A stretch of DNA of 64,000 nt. It comes from Cellvibrionales bacterium (GTDB taxonomy: Bacteria; Pseudomonadota; Gammaproteobacteria; Pseudomonadales; JAHEIH01). The translations under genes were made by a program, and so were the position numbers. A model generated the notes under the pieces. The model saw nothing but the letters and a program-made list of their open reading frames with translations, ran no database searches and was not told where the DNA came from. Of the stretch, positions 48,430-57,594 are shown in pieces. The stretch covers positions 178,822-242,821 of the forward strand of contig JAHEIH010000027.1 of NCBI GenBank assembly GCA_024639455.1. The letters run 5' to 3'. Within the stretch, counting starts at the first letter, position 1, and every line of letters starts with the position of its first letter.

Positions 48430-49905
48430 ATGGGACAAAATTACTTCAACACGCTGCCCCTGCGTGTTCAATTGGAAGAGCTCGCCAAGTGCCGCTTCAT
48501 GGACCAATCAGAATTCGCTAATGGCTGCGAATACTTGAAAGGCAAAAAAATCGTTGTTGTTGGCTGTGGTGCACAAGGTCTGAACCAAGGTCTTAACATG
48601 CGCGACAGCGGCTTGGACGTTGCCTACGCGCTGCGTGCTGAAGCGATCGCTGAAAAGCGTCAGTCCTGGAAGAACGCTACCGAAAACGGTTTCACCGTAG
48701 GTACTTACGAAGAACTGATCCCCACCGCTGATGTAGTAATGAACCTGACGCCCGACAAGCAGCACAGTGCAGTCGTTAGCGCGGTAATGCCTTTGATGAA
48801 AGAAGGTGCGTGCTTGGATTATGCTCACGGCTTCAACCTGGTTGAAGAAGGCATGCAAATCCGTAAGGACTTGACCGTGACGCTGATGTGCCCCAAGTGC
48901 CCCGGTTCAGAAGTTCGCGCCGAATACGTGCGTGGATTCGGCGTACCTACCCTGATCGCTGTTCACCGTGAAAACGACCCCAAAGGCGAAGGCATGGAAA
49001 TCGCTAAAGCTCTGGCCTCTGCTACTGGCGGCGACCGCGCTGGCGTACTGGAATCTTCACCTATCGCTGAAGTAAAGTCTGACCTGATGGGCGAACAAAC
49101 CATTCTGTGTGGCATGCTGCAAACCGGTTCTATCTTGTGCTTTGACAAGATGATCGCCGAAGGCATTGACGCGGGTTACGCGTCTAAACTGATCCAATAC
49201 GGCTGGGAAACCGTCACCGAGGGTCTGAAACACGGCGGCATCACCAATATGATGGATCGTCTATCTAACCCTGCGAAGATCGTAGCGTTTGAATTGGCGC
49301 AAGAGCTTAAAGACATCATGCGTCCGCTGTTCGAAAAACACCAAGACGACATCATGTCTGGCGAATTCTCTCGCACCATGATGGCCGACTGGGCGAACGA
49401 TGACAAAAACCTGCTTACTTGGCGTGCAGCTACCGCTGAAACCGCATTCGAGAAGACCCCTTCTGGCGATGTTGAAATCAGCGAGCAAGAGTTCTACGAC
49501 AACGGCATATTGATGGTAGCGATGGTAAAAGCGGGTGTTGAGCTAGCGTTTGAAACCATGGTTGCAGCAGGCATCGTTGAAGAGTCGGCTTACTACGAGT
49601 CACTGCACGAAACGCCACTGATAGCCAACACCATTGCGCGCAAAAAACTGTACGAAATGAATGTGGTGATTTCAGATACCGCTGAGTACGGCTGCTACCT
49701 GTTCGACCACGCTTGCCGTCCGCTGCTTACTGAGTTCATGGAAAAAGTGGGCACTGACGTGATCGGTAAAGGTCTGGGTCTAGACGACCTTGGCGTCGAC
49801 AACCGCAAACTGATCGATGTTAACGCTGAGATTCGCTACCACCCCGTTGAAGTGGTGGGTGAAGAACTGCGCGGCTACATGACAGCCATGAAGTCGATCG
49901 TTTAA
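48430..49905 (+). CDS. ilvC: Ketol-acid reductoisomerase, class II (long form)
   Basis: [19 protein letters not shown]-terminus and [20 protein letters not shown]. 491 aa. The ORF was trimmed from 48250. Confidence 0.95.
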   Translation: MGQNYFNTLPLRVQLEELAKCRFMDQSEFANGCEYLKGKKIVVVGCGAQGLNQGLNMRDSGLDVAYALRAEAIAEKRQSWKNATENGFTVGTYEELIPTADVVMNLTPDKQHSAVVSAVMPLMKEGACLDYAHGFNLVEEGMQIRKDLTVTLMCPKCPGSEVRAEYVRGFGVPTLIAVHRENDPKGEGMEIAKALASATGGDRAGVLESSPIAEVKSDLMGEQTILCGMLQTGSILCFDKMIAEGIDAGYASKLIQYGWETVTEGLKHGGITNMMDRLSNPAKIVAFELAQELKDIMRPLFEKHQDDIMSGEFSRTMMADWANDDKNLLTWRAATAETAFEKTPSGDVEISEQEFYDNGILMVAMVKAGVELAFETMVAAGIVEESAYYESLHETPLIANTIARKKLYEMNVVISDTAEYGCYLFDHACRPLLTEFMEKVGTDVIGKGLGLDDLGVDNRKLIDVNAEIRYHPVEVVGEELRGYMTAMKSIV

Positions 49906-49920
49906 TCGACGGATGAATAC

Positions 49921-49946
49921 AAAGGGGCGCCATGGCGCCCTTTTTT
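49921..49946. terminator. Bidirectional rho-independent terminator between ilvC and the acyl-CoA dehydrogenase gene
   Basis: AAAGGGGCGCC-at-GGCGCCCTTTTTT palindrome flanked by an A-run and a T-run. Confidence 0.8.
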
Positions 49947-49985
49947 GTGCTCACCCTCCCACACCCCTGGGATGGCAATAAAAAC

Positions 49986-51170
49986 TTATTCGACCTCGAT
50001 GTCTCTATCAGTGAAGTCCACCCGCTCACCGGCCAACATGTCGCGCGAAATAATCAACTGCATCACTTCACTGGAACCGGCGTAAATACGCCCCACACGA
50101 ATATCGGTATACATCCGTGAAATCGGATACTCGTCCATGTAACCGGCGCCACCGTGCAACTGCAGACAGTCGTCGATACAACGACAGGCAAACTCGGCTG
50201 TTAAATACTTGGCCTTAGCGGCGTCTACCGAAGTAAATTCATCGGCGTTGAACGACTCGACGCAACGATCGACATACACCTGCAGGCTATCCGCTTCGGC
50301 TTGCAGCTTCGCGAGTTTGAATTGGGTATTTTGGAATTCAGCCAAGGTCTGGCCAAACAACTTGCGCTGTTTTACGAAATCAACGGTAATGTCCAAGGCT
50401 TTCTGCGCGCGGGTAATATACTCCACCGTGCCCAACAGACGCTCTTCCGCAAGGCCCTCCATCAAATAGTGCATGCCCTTGGCGGGATCACCCAGCACGT
50501 TGGCCTTGGGCACTTTAACATTATTGAAGAACAGCTCGGCCGTGTCCTGCGCCTTCTGGCCAAGTTTTTCCAAATTGCGGCCGCGCTCGAAACCTTCCAT
50601 GCCGCGCTCGACAATAAACAAACCAATCTGCTTGGGATTGTTAAGATGGTCAGACTTGGCCGCCACGATCACCACATCGGCGTTAATGCCGTTGGAAATA
50701 TAGGTCTTGCTACCGTTTAAAACGTAGTGATCCCCCATATCGACCGCGGTGGTACGCATGCCGCGCAGGTCACTGCCAGCATCTGGCTCGGTCATTCCGA
50801 TCGCCAAGACCGATTCGCCAGACACGCATTTAGGCAGGAAGCGCTGTTGCTGTTCTTCGTTACCAAAGCGGGTGAAGTAAGGGCCTACCAAACGGCTGTG
50901 TAAGGTGGCGTACCAGTCGCCTGTGTGGGCGTAAATGTTTTCTTCTATAATGATTTGTTCAAAACGGAAATCGTTGTCGCCCATACCGCCGAATTGTTCG
51001 TCAGGCCAGACCATCAAAAAGCCCAATTCGCCGGCTTTACGGAAGATCTCGCGGTCGACAATACCAGCGTTGCGATACGCTTCCATGTTCGGCACGAGTT
51101 CGTCTTGCAAGAACTTGCGATAGGCCTCGCGGAACATCTGTTGCTCTTCAGTAAAGCGACGTTTTAACAT
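49986..51170 (-). CDS. Acyl-CoA dehydrogenase
   Basis: LAIGMTEPDAGSD and QLHGGAGYMDEYPISR motifs. ATG at 51170 with a TAGGAG RBS. Confidence 0.9.
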   Translation of the reverse strand: MLKRRFTEEQQMFREAYRKFLQDELVPNMEAYRNAGIVDREIFRKAGELGFLMVWPDEQFGGMGDNDFRFEQIIIEENIYAHTGDWYATLHSRLVGPYFTRFGNEEQQQRFLPKCVSGESVLAIGMTEPDAGSDLRGMRTTAVDMGDHYVLNGSKTYISNGINADVVIVAAKSDHLNNPKQIGLFIVERGMEGFERGRNLEKLGQKAQDTAELFFNNVKVPKANVLGDPAKGMHYLMEGLAEERLLGTVEYITRAQKALDITVDFVKQRKLFGQTLAEFQNTQFKLAKLQAEADSLQVYVDRCVESFNADEFTSVDAAKAKYLTAEFACRCIDDCLQLHGGAGYMDEYPISRMYTDIRVGRIYAGSSEVMQLIISRDMLAGERVDFTDRDIEVE

Positions 51171-51274
51171 GCACAACTCCTATTATTTTTGTTCGCATTG
51201 ACGCGATGTGATCGCCTCTTCTGCATCATTTCTGTCTAAGATGAGAATCATTTTATGCCAAAAGGAAAACTATC

Positions 51275-52087
51275 ATGAGCGTGATTTCCTGCCACATCGA
51301 GCACAATATTGCCAAGGTGACTCTCACCAACCCCGCCGTGGGGAATGCCCTTGGGAGAGCCTTCTGGGATGAATTTCCGGCGCTCATCGAGGCATTACAA
51401 CACAATCCCGAGGTACACGTCCTCGTCTTAACCGCCGAGGGTAAACATTTTTGTGTTGGTATCGATTTGCCCTTCGCGCAATCGGAGTTCCTTGGCCCTG
51501 GCGACGAGACGATTCGGCAGCATCGCATCGATGAAATCATCGCCATGCAAGACGCCTTTCAAGCATTGGAAACACTCGACGTTCCTGTCATTGCCGCCAT
51601 ACACGGTGCTTGCATCGGCGCGGGCATAGAGTTAGCCAGCTGCGCTGACATTCGGCTTTGCTCACAGGATGCCATGTTCGCCTTAAAAGAAATTCAACTC
51701 GCCATTATTCCAGACCTCGGTGGCCTGCAGCGCTTACCGCGGCAACTCCCCCAAGGCGTAGCACGTGAACTCGCACTCACTGGTCGCAATTTTAGCGCCA
51801 CCGACGCGCAACAATGGCATTGGGTTAACCAGTGCCTACCCGACCGAGACAGCTTGCAAAGCGCCGCGCTGCAAATGGCCAAGCAAATGGCGGCCTTTGC
51901 CCCGCGTGCTATGCGCCACATCAAGCGCAGCATGGTCGAAGCTGATGCCGCTAACGATTTGCGGGCCATGCGTGACTTGATTGCACCACAGGTAGATGAG
52001 TGTATTTCGGTAGACATGCGCGAGGCCTTACAAGCAGCCGCTGAAAAGCGACCTGCGCAATTTCCCAAAAGGCCTGTAAACAGTTAA
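51275..52087 (+). CDS. Enoyl-CoA hydratase/isomerase (crotonase) family
   Basis: FCVGIDL...AAIHGACIGAGIELASCADIR crotonase signature. AAGGAA RBS. Confidence 0.85.
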   Translation: MSVISCHIEHNIAKVTLTNPAVGNALGRAFWDEFPALIEALQHNPEVHVLVLTAEGKHFCVGIDLPFAQSEFLGPGDETIRQHRIDEIIAMQDAFQALETLDVPVIAAIHGACIGAGIELASCADIRLCSQDAMFALKEIQLAIIPDLGGLQRLPRQLPQGVARELALTGRNFSATDAQQWHWVNQCLPDRDSLQSAALQMAKQMAAFAPRAMRHIKRSMVEADAANDLRAMRDLIAPQVDECISVDMREALQAAAEKRPAQFPKRPVNS

Positions 52088-52152
52088 AAAAACTAGTATT
52101 TCCTCAGTGATTTGCACTATATTTGTTACAAATAAAAACACAGGTGTATATC

Positions 52153-52689
52153 GTGAAAGGCGTTGTTTTTAATATTCTAGAAGAATTAGTCATCGAAACC
52201 GCCGGCATAGCCGGCTGGAACAGTATCCTTGAAAAGACCGGAAGTGATGGAATTTACACCTCAGGCGAAAGCTACTCCGATGACGAATTATTCGCCCTAG
52301 TCAGCGAAATTTGCATCGCACTGGATATGCCCGCAGAAAAAGTGGTCGGTATTTTTGGGGAATACCTGTTTGAACAGCTCAACGCTAGACACCCCACATT
52401 TACCGCCAGCGCCACGGATCTTAAAACATTTTTATTCAGCGTCGACACGGTCATTCATGGCGAAGTACTCAAATTGTACACCAACCCAAACCTACCACGC
52501 TTTGAGTACCAGGATAGGGGCGACAATCAGCTGACGATGTTATATCGATCGCCCCGTAAACTCTGTATTCTTGCTGAAGGTCTGGTGAGGGGCGCGGCCA
52601 AACATTATGGTAAAGAGGTTAGCATTGACCACCCCGTCTGTTTGCACAACGGCGCCGACCATTGCCAATTGGATGTGAGTATTAAATAG
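52153..52689 (+). CDS. hnoX: H-NOX (haem NO/O2-binding) sensor protein
   Basis: VKGVVFNILEELV N-terminus (GTG start), candidate proximal His in VDTVIHGEV, and the YxSxR haem-contact motif (YRSPR). Confidence 0.85.
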   Translation: MKGVVFNILEELVIETAGIAGWNSILEKTGSDGIYTSGESYSDDELFALVSEICIALDMPAEKVVGIFGEYLFEQLNARHPTFTASATDLKTFLFSVDTVIHGEVLKLYTNPNLPRFEYQDRGDNQLTMLYRSPRKLCILAEGLVRGAAKHYGKEVSIDHPVCLHNGADHCQLDVSIK

Positions 52690-53663
52690 TGAGCGAATCC
52701 TCGTCTAACCCTTTTGAAGTTGCCTACCATCGCGAGCGTAAGATTCGCCGAGCGGCGGAGCAATTACTAGAAGATAAGACGCGCCTTTTGCACCAACGCA
52801 ATATCGAGTTAAGCAGGACCAATGAGCGCCTCATTGAGCAACAAACCAATATGCTCAAGCAAGAAAAGTTAGCTACGTTAGGCACATTAGCGGCGGGCGT
52901 CGCCCACGAGATAAACAACCCTCTGGCATTTGTCACTAGCAATATGTCGGCATTGGATGATTACCACAATGCCTATCACGAAATGTTTCAATTCGTTAAA
53001 AACATGCGCGAACGACTCAGTGAAGACAAAACTGCAGACCTCGATGTAGCAATAAAAAAGCTCGACTTAGAGTACCTTGATCACGACCTGCCCATGCTCA
53101 TGAAAGAAACCATGGAAGGCTTGGATAGAGTGAAAAAGATCGTTCTTAGCCTACGCAACTTTGCCCGTTCACAAGAAGGGGAAAGAGCTTACATCGATAT
53201 CAACGAAGGCATCAACAGCACGCTTCGCTTAATCCAATCGGAGATTAAGCGGGGCATCGAGTTAAAACTAGAATTACAAGATGGTTTGCCAAAGGTTAAC
53301 TGCAATCCCAGCGAAATCAATCAGGTTATATTGAATATTATTGTTAACTCCGCACATGCTACGAAAGATGAGCAACACCCCTTAATTCGTATCGCTAGCT
53401 TCGCCGAGGAGAAATATGTGTGTCTTGCGATCGAGGACAATGGTTACGGCATGTCACAACACACTATCGACAACCTTTTTGTCCCCTTTTTCACCACCAA
53501 ACCCATTGGTGAGGGTACCGGCATGGGTATGGCGATTGTTCATAAAATCATTGAAGATCATGGTGGTGAGATGCATGTAAACTCAGAAGAAGGTAAGGGC
53601 AGCCGATTTACCATTAAGCTGCCTGTCTCGCTAGATCATAAGGAACAGATCTACACCGGCTAG
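52689..53663 (+). CDS. hnoK: H-NOX-associated histidine kinase (cytoplasmic; no receiver domain)
   Basis: TAGTG overlap with hnoX. H-box GVAHEINNPLAF, N-box NIIVNSAHA, G-boxes EDNGYGM and GTGMGMAI. Confidence 0.85.
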   Translation: MSESSSNPFEVAYHRERKIRRAAEQLLEDKTRLLHQRNIELSRTNERLIEQQTNMLKQEKLATLGTLAAGVAHEINNPLAFVTSNMSALDDYHNAYHEMFQFVKNMRERLSEDKTADLDVAIKKLDLEYLDHDLPMLMKETMEGLDRVKKIVLSLRNFARSQEGERAYIDINEGINSTLRLIQSEIKRGIELKLELQDGLPKVNCNPSEINQVILNIIVNSAHATKDEQHPLIRIASFAEEKYVCLAIEDNGYGMSQHTIDNLFVPFFTTKPIGEGTGMGMAIVHKIIEDHGGEMHVNSEEGKGSRFTIKLPVSLDHKEQIYTG

Positions 53664-53900
53664 CGCCAGTACTGCTCGCATTAACAACTTTGTGCGTTTG
53701 TCCATAGCGGCATATTCACTTTTCAATTCTTTCAGTTCATCACGCATGGCCTCATTGGCTTTTTGCCACTGTGAATCCATAGCAGCCGCTGTTTGTTGCC
53801 AGTGGTTGTCGACAGCATTGGCGGTTTGAGCAACCACTGCGCCAGCCGTTGCCGCCGTGGCATAGCGCGAGGCGCGATTTAAAAATTGTCTTCTATCCAT
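53631..53900 (-). CDS. Small hypothetical protein (89 aa) with a Tat-like N-terminus and a C-terminal hydrophobic helix
   Basis: GGGAGA RBS. MDRRQFLNRASRYATAATAGAVVAQTANA resembles a twin-arginine signal. The 3' end overlaps the hnoK 3' end by 33 nt (convergent). Confidence 0.4.
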   Translation of the reverse strand: MDRRQFLNRASRYATAATAGAVVAQTANAVDNHWQQTAAAMDSQWQKANEAMRDELKELKSEYAAMDKRTKLLMRAVLALAGVDLFLMI

Positions 53901-54032
53901 AGCATTCTCCCGATAGATCTCTATTTGACCACATTGCGAGACGGAGTTCCTATTCACTGCTTATTCTAATTAGGCATATAAAAACCATTCATGCCTTGTG
54001 TGATTTTTCTGGCATTGTTTCCAAACTGGCTC

Positions 54033-54489
54033 TCTCATCAAGTCCTGGGAATACTCCCAACAAACAAAAAGGCCCTCGTCTTTCGATGTTGTTGAAGCGA
54101 TATACTCAAGTCTCAAGGTAGCACCCATACAAACAAAAAGGCCCTCGTCTTTCGATGTTGTTGAAGCGATATACTCAAGTGCATCCATGCACTTGACCGC
54201 TTCGCGGCGCCTACGGCGGTACTATTCGTTCCAGACGAATAGTCGAACGGAGGCGTTCTCATCAAGTCTCAAGGTAGCACCCATATAAACAAAAAGGCCC
54301 TAGTCTTTCGATGTTGTTGAAGCGATATACTCAAGTGCATCCATGCACTTGACCGCTTCGCGGCGCCTACGGCGGTACTATTCGTTCCAGACGAATAGTC
54401 GAACGGAGGCGTTCTCATCAAGTCTCAAGGTAGCACCATACAAACAAAAAGGCCCTAGTCTTTCGACTAGGGCCTTTTTGTTTGTATGG
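54033..54489. repeat. Composite tandem repeat array distal to tRNA-Arg (156-bp unit, with a shorter variant)
   Basis: A 51-nt core CAAACAAAAAGGCCCT[C/A]GTCTTTCGATGTTGTTGAAGCGATATACTCAAGT occurs at 54061, 54130 and 54286. A module of about 101 nt occurs at 54181 and 54337 (offset 156) and contains the hairpin CTATTCGT-tccag-ACGAATAG. The array ends in the terminator palindrome. Confidence 0.9.
54436..54489 (-). terminator. tRNA-Arg terminator: 25-bp perfect inverted repeat with a 4-nt loop
   Basis: CCATACAAACAAAAAGGCCCTAGTC-tttc-GACTAGGGCCTTTTTGTTTGTATGG. The right end overlaps the tRNA CCA. On the minus strand the GC core is followed by TTTTTGTTTG. Confidence 0.85.
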
Positions 54490-54563
54490 CGCACCCGGAG
54501 CGATTCGAACGCCCGACCTACTGGTTCGTAGCCAGTTGCTCTATCCAGCTGAGCTACGGGTGC
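54487..54563 (-). tRNA. tRNA-Arg, anticodon ACG, with encoded CCA
   Basis: The minus strand reads GCACCCGTAGCTCAGCTGGATAGAGCAACTGGCTACGAACCAGTAGGTCGGGCGTTCGAATCGCTCCGGGTGCGCCA. It folds into a cloverleaf with acceptor GCACCCG/CGGGTGC. Confidence 0.95.
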
Positions 54564-54574
54564 GAAGAGCGCGT

Positions 54575-54603
54575 ATAATAGTGATCCACCCCCAGTGAGT
54601 CAA
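54575..54603 (-). promoter_or_regulatory. Sigma70-type promoter for tRNA-Arg
   Basis: The minus strand reads TTGACT, a 17-nt spacer, then TATTAT and a GC-rich discriminator. It ends about 12 nt upstream of the mature 5' end. Confidence 0.55.
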
Positions 54604-54795
54604 CACTTGAACGCAAAAAAAACATGAATAAATATACCACTGCATAAGGCTTGATCAATGTGGTGAAATTTTACCCAGCACGAGACTTGATATCGATCAA
54701 AGCACCCCCATAGTTAGTTATGTAGTATCACATCATAGAGTGATTCATCTCCACTCTAGTCTGAGAGCATTGGATAGACATATCCACCCAGTTTC

Positions 54796-54821
54796 GAGGC
54801 CCCACGTAGGGCCTTTTTTTT
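54796..54821 (+). terminator. Orphan plus-strand intrinsic terminator about 70 nt upstream of azlC
   Basis: GAGGCCC-cacgta-GGGCCT followed by T8. The nearest plus-strand gene upstream ends at 53663, more than 1.1 kb away, with a minus-strand tRNA in between. Confidence 0.6.
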
Positions 54822-54891
54822 GGCCGGTGCCCACCCTTGCTGATTTTAGCGCGGATCATTAAGCTAGTTGCTTTCTGTTGCGTTGAACTCC

Positions 54892-55590
54892 ATGACTAAA
54901 CACCGTTCACTCGCGCTGTGGCGCGGCACACTCGATATGCTCCCCCTCAGTTTGGCCGTCATGCCGTGGGGTATTCTGTTTGGCTCGTTGGCTATACAGC
55001 GGGGCTTTAGCGCCTGGGAAACGCAGGCAATTTCGGCGCTAGTGTTTGGTGGTGCGGTACAAATTGTATCGATTGAACTACTTGCCCAAGGCACTCCTTT
55101 AACCGCCGTATTATTCAGTGCGTTTGTTATTAGTTCGCGCCACTTTCTCTACGGGCTGCACCTGCGCGAGCGCATGGCATCCCACCCTTTGCGCTGGCGG
55201 ATCGGGCTAGGCTTCTTACTCACCGATGAATTATTCGCGCTCTCTGGAGACCGGCGCGCCTACCGTCGTCACTACCGCCTTTGGTATGCCCTAGGTGCTG
55301 GGGGGAGTTTTTATCTAGCGTGGAACTTGTGGACCGCCATTGGTATTGTCGGTGGTGCCACCCTGCCCGATCTGAGTCAACTCGGTGTGGAATTTGCCAT
55401 CGCTGCCATATTTATCGCGCTCGTCGTGCCCAACCTCAAAGACCTTGCCAGTACCACCAGCGTGCTAGTCGCTGCCATTGTGGCCGTTTACTTGGCAACC
55501 ACTGATAGCCAAATTGGTCTCATCATCGCGGCTAGCGCCGGCATGGCCGCAGGCTACGCCGTGCAAACACTACAGGGGTATCGCGGATGA
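54892..55590 (+). CDS. azlC: AzlC-family branched-chain amino acid exporter subunit
   Basis: Polytopic protein with the AzlC-like N-terminus LPLSLAVMPWGILFGSLA. It is paired with azlD through a 4-nt overlap. Confidence 0.85.
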   Translation: MTKHRSLALWRGTLDMLPLSLAVMPWGILFGSLAIQRGFSAWETQAISALVFGGAVQIVSIELLAQGTPLTAVLFSAFVISSRHFLYGLHLRERMASHPLRWRIGLGFLLTDELFALSGDRRAYRRHYRLWYALGAGGSFYLAWNLWTAIGIVGGATLPDLSQLGVEFAIAAIFIALVVPNLKDLASTTSVLVAAIVAVYLATTDSQIGLIIAASAGMAAGYAVQTLQGYRG

Positions 55591-55895
55591 TCGCCACTAT
55601 TCTTGCACTAGCCGCGATTACTTTTTCTACCCGCTATCTTTTTTTGGAAAAGCACCTGCCGCTGCGTCTAGGCCCCAATCTTAAACGGGCACTGAGCTTT
55701 AGCGGCCCGGCGGTTTTGAGCGCTATTACCGCGCCAATATTGTTGGTTCACCAAGGTCAGCTTGATCTCGATCCTTACAGTCCCTATCTATGGGGTGGTT
55801 TAGCTGCCGTCATCACCGCGCGGCTAAGTGGCAACGTCTACGCCACCATGATGGCGGGGGGTGCCTTATTCACTGTCATTGAATTAATAACTTAG
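55587..55895 (+). CDS. azlD: AzlD-family small membrane protein
   Basis: 102 aa. LAAITFSTRYLFL motif. ATGA overlap with azlC. Confidence 0.8.
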   Translation: MIATILALAAITFSTRYLFLEKHLPLRLGPNLKRALSFSGPAVLSAITAPILLVHQGQLDLDPYSPYLWGGLAAVITARLSGNVYATMMAGGALFTVIELIT

Positions 55896-55955
55896 GCTTA
55901 AGTTATCCCCGCCGGCGCCGACAAATTTTCCATCAACGACGTTGGAGAAATAGCC

Positions 55956-57566
55956 ATGTTTGGTGCAACACTCATCACAAGATTCAAAGTTTTGTCGGCA
56001 ATACTCGCCGCCGTGGTTATCTTGCAGGGCGCTTTTGTGCTCTATAACTCAGGCAGTACCAACGCCAGTATCGAAGAAATGGCAGGGCGCCAATTGCCCA
56101 ATTTGAATGACGCCCACGAACTAAAATACTCTGTCGCCCAGGTACAGCAATGGCTACAAGACATTGCGGCAACGCGGGGTTTTGATGGTTTAGATGACGG
56201 CTTTGATAACGCCGAAGAGTATGCCCAGCACTTCTACACCATCGCCGAACGCCTTGCACGCAACGATCCAGAGCACGCCAAAAGCTACCGTGACATGGTG
56301 CCTGTATTTGAAGCGTTTTACAGCACGGGGAAAGAAATGGCCGAAGCTTACGTTGAGATGGGTCCCGCTGGTGGAAACCCGTTGATGAGTGGTTTTGATG
56401 AAGTTGCCGAGGAAATGACCACCGAAGTTGAGTCCATGCTTAACCGCATCATTAACACCGCTCGAAACACCGCCAGAAGCCAAGAGTCTCTTTCGAACAG
56501 CACAGTTTGGTCAGTAGTCATCGGTTCGGTCTTGGTATTGGTTGGCGTAGTAATTTTATTCTTAAGCATCACAAGTAGCTTGCGCTTCCTACCTAATCTA
56601 ATCGAAGAAATGGACAAAATCGCCAGTGGGAACCTAACTTCGAAAATCAACAATGATCGCGAGGACGAATTTGGTCAATTGGCGAACAGCATGAACGCCA
56701 TGCAGCAGAAGCTACAAGGCATGATAAGTAAAATCATGGATATGACCAGCCAACTCAGCGCCACCAGCGAAGAAATGTCGGCCACCATGACCGAATCGAG
56801 TCAGAATATTCGCACCCAGCAAAACGAAACCGACCAAATGGCCACCGCCATGATGCAGATGTCACAATCGGTCATGGAAGTAGCGCGCAATGTTGCCGAA
56901 ACCGCCAACGCGGTGAACTCAACCCGCAGTGAAACAGAACACGGCAAGCAGGTTGTTGACCAGACCCTGCACGGCATTCGCAACCTTTCACAACAGATAG
57001 ATAGCACCGCCAACGTTATTTCTAAAGTCGGTCAGGATAGCGAAAATATATCCACAGTACTGGATGTCATCAAGAGCATCGCCGAGCAGACCAACTTACT
57101 GGCTTTAAACGCTGCGATCGAGGCCGCGCGGGCAGGTGAACAGGGTCGAGGCTTTGCAGTGGTGGCCGATGAAGTTCGCACCCTTGCCGGTCGCACGCAG
57201 GATTCCACTCAAGAAATCAACGCCATTATCGAACAATTACAAAGCGGTGCACGCCGAGCGGCGCAATCGATGAACGACTCACGCGAGCAAACCAACAGCG
57301 TTGTTGACCAAGCGACCCAAGCCGGAGAGTCACTTGGCGTGATCGCTGACTCGATTACCCAAATTGACTCGATGAGCAGCATGATTGCCGCCGCCACCGA
57401 AGAACAAAACGCCGTGGCTGATAACATGCAGTCCTCGGTGTCGCAGATCAACCAATCAATCCACGGCAGCGCCACCAGCGCCGAACAAACCGCCGTCGCC
57501 GCCAATGAGTTAGCAAAAATGGCCACGACATTACAGGGAATGATGCAGCAGTTCCGCGTGCGGTAG
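55956..57566 (+). CDS. Methyl-accepting chemotaxis protein
   Basis: N-terminal TM helix, periplasmic helical domain, second TM helix, HAMP, and the conserved signalling hairpin [37 protein letters not shown]. Confidence 0.9.
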   Translation: MFGATLITRFKVLSAILAAVVILQGAFVLYNSGSTNASIEEMAGRQLPNLNDAHELKYSVAQVQQWLQDIAATRGFDGLDDGFDNAEEYAQHFYTIAERLARNDPEHAKSYRDMVPVFEAFYSTGKEMAEAYVEMGPAGGNPLMSGFDEVAEEMTTEVESMLNRIINTARNTARSQESLSNSTVWSVVIGSVLVLVGVVILFLSITSSLRFLPNLIEEMDKIASGNLTSKINNDREDEFGQLANSMNAMQQKLQGMISKIMDMTSQLSATSEEMSATMTESSQNIRTQQNETDQMATAMMQMSQSVMEVARNVAETANAVNSTRSETEHGKQVVDQTLHGIRNLSQQIDSTANVISKVGQDSENISTVLDVIKSIAEQTNLLALNAAIEAARAGEQGRGFAVVADEVRTLAGRTQDSTQEINAIIEQLQSGARRAAQSMNDSREQTNSVVDQATQAGESLGVIADSITQIDSMSSMIAAATEEQNAVADNMQSSVSQINQSIHGSATSAEQTAVAANELAKMATTLQGMMQQFRVR

Positions 57567-57594
57567 ACTAAAGTTAACGCATCAAGGAGCCCCT

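Noticed and set aside
53970-54531. ORFs 53970..54188 (-) and 54343..54531 (+) within the tRNA-Arg repeat array
   Set aside because: Their peptide sequence is internally duplicated because of the DNA repeats. They overlap the terminator palindrome and the tRNA gene, and they have no RBS.
54730-54850. His-rich 34-aa ORF (GTG start; VIHLHSSLRALDRHIHPVSRPHVG...) spanning the orphan terminator, considered as a leader peptide
   Set aside because: It has no RBS and a non-ATG start. Histidine codons have no logical link to the downstream branched-chain amino acid exporter. The 7-aa MNKYTTA ORF at about 54624 is equally unconvincing.
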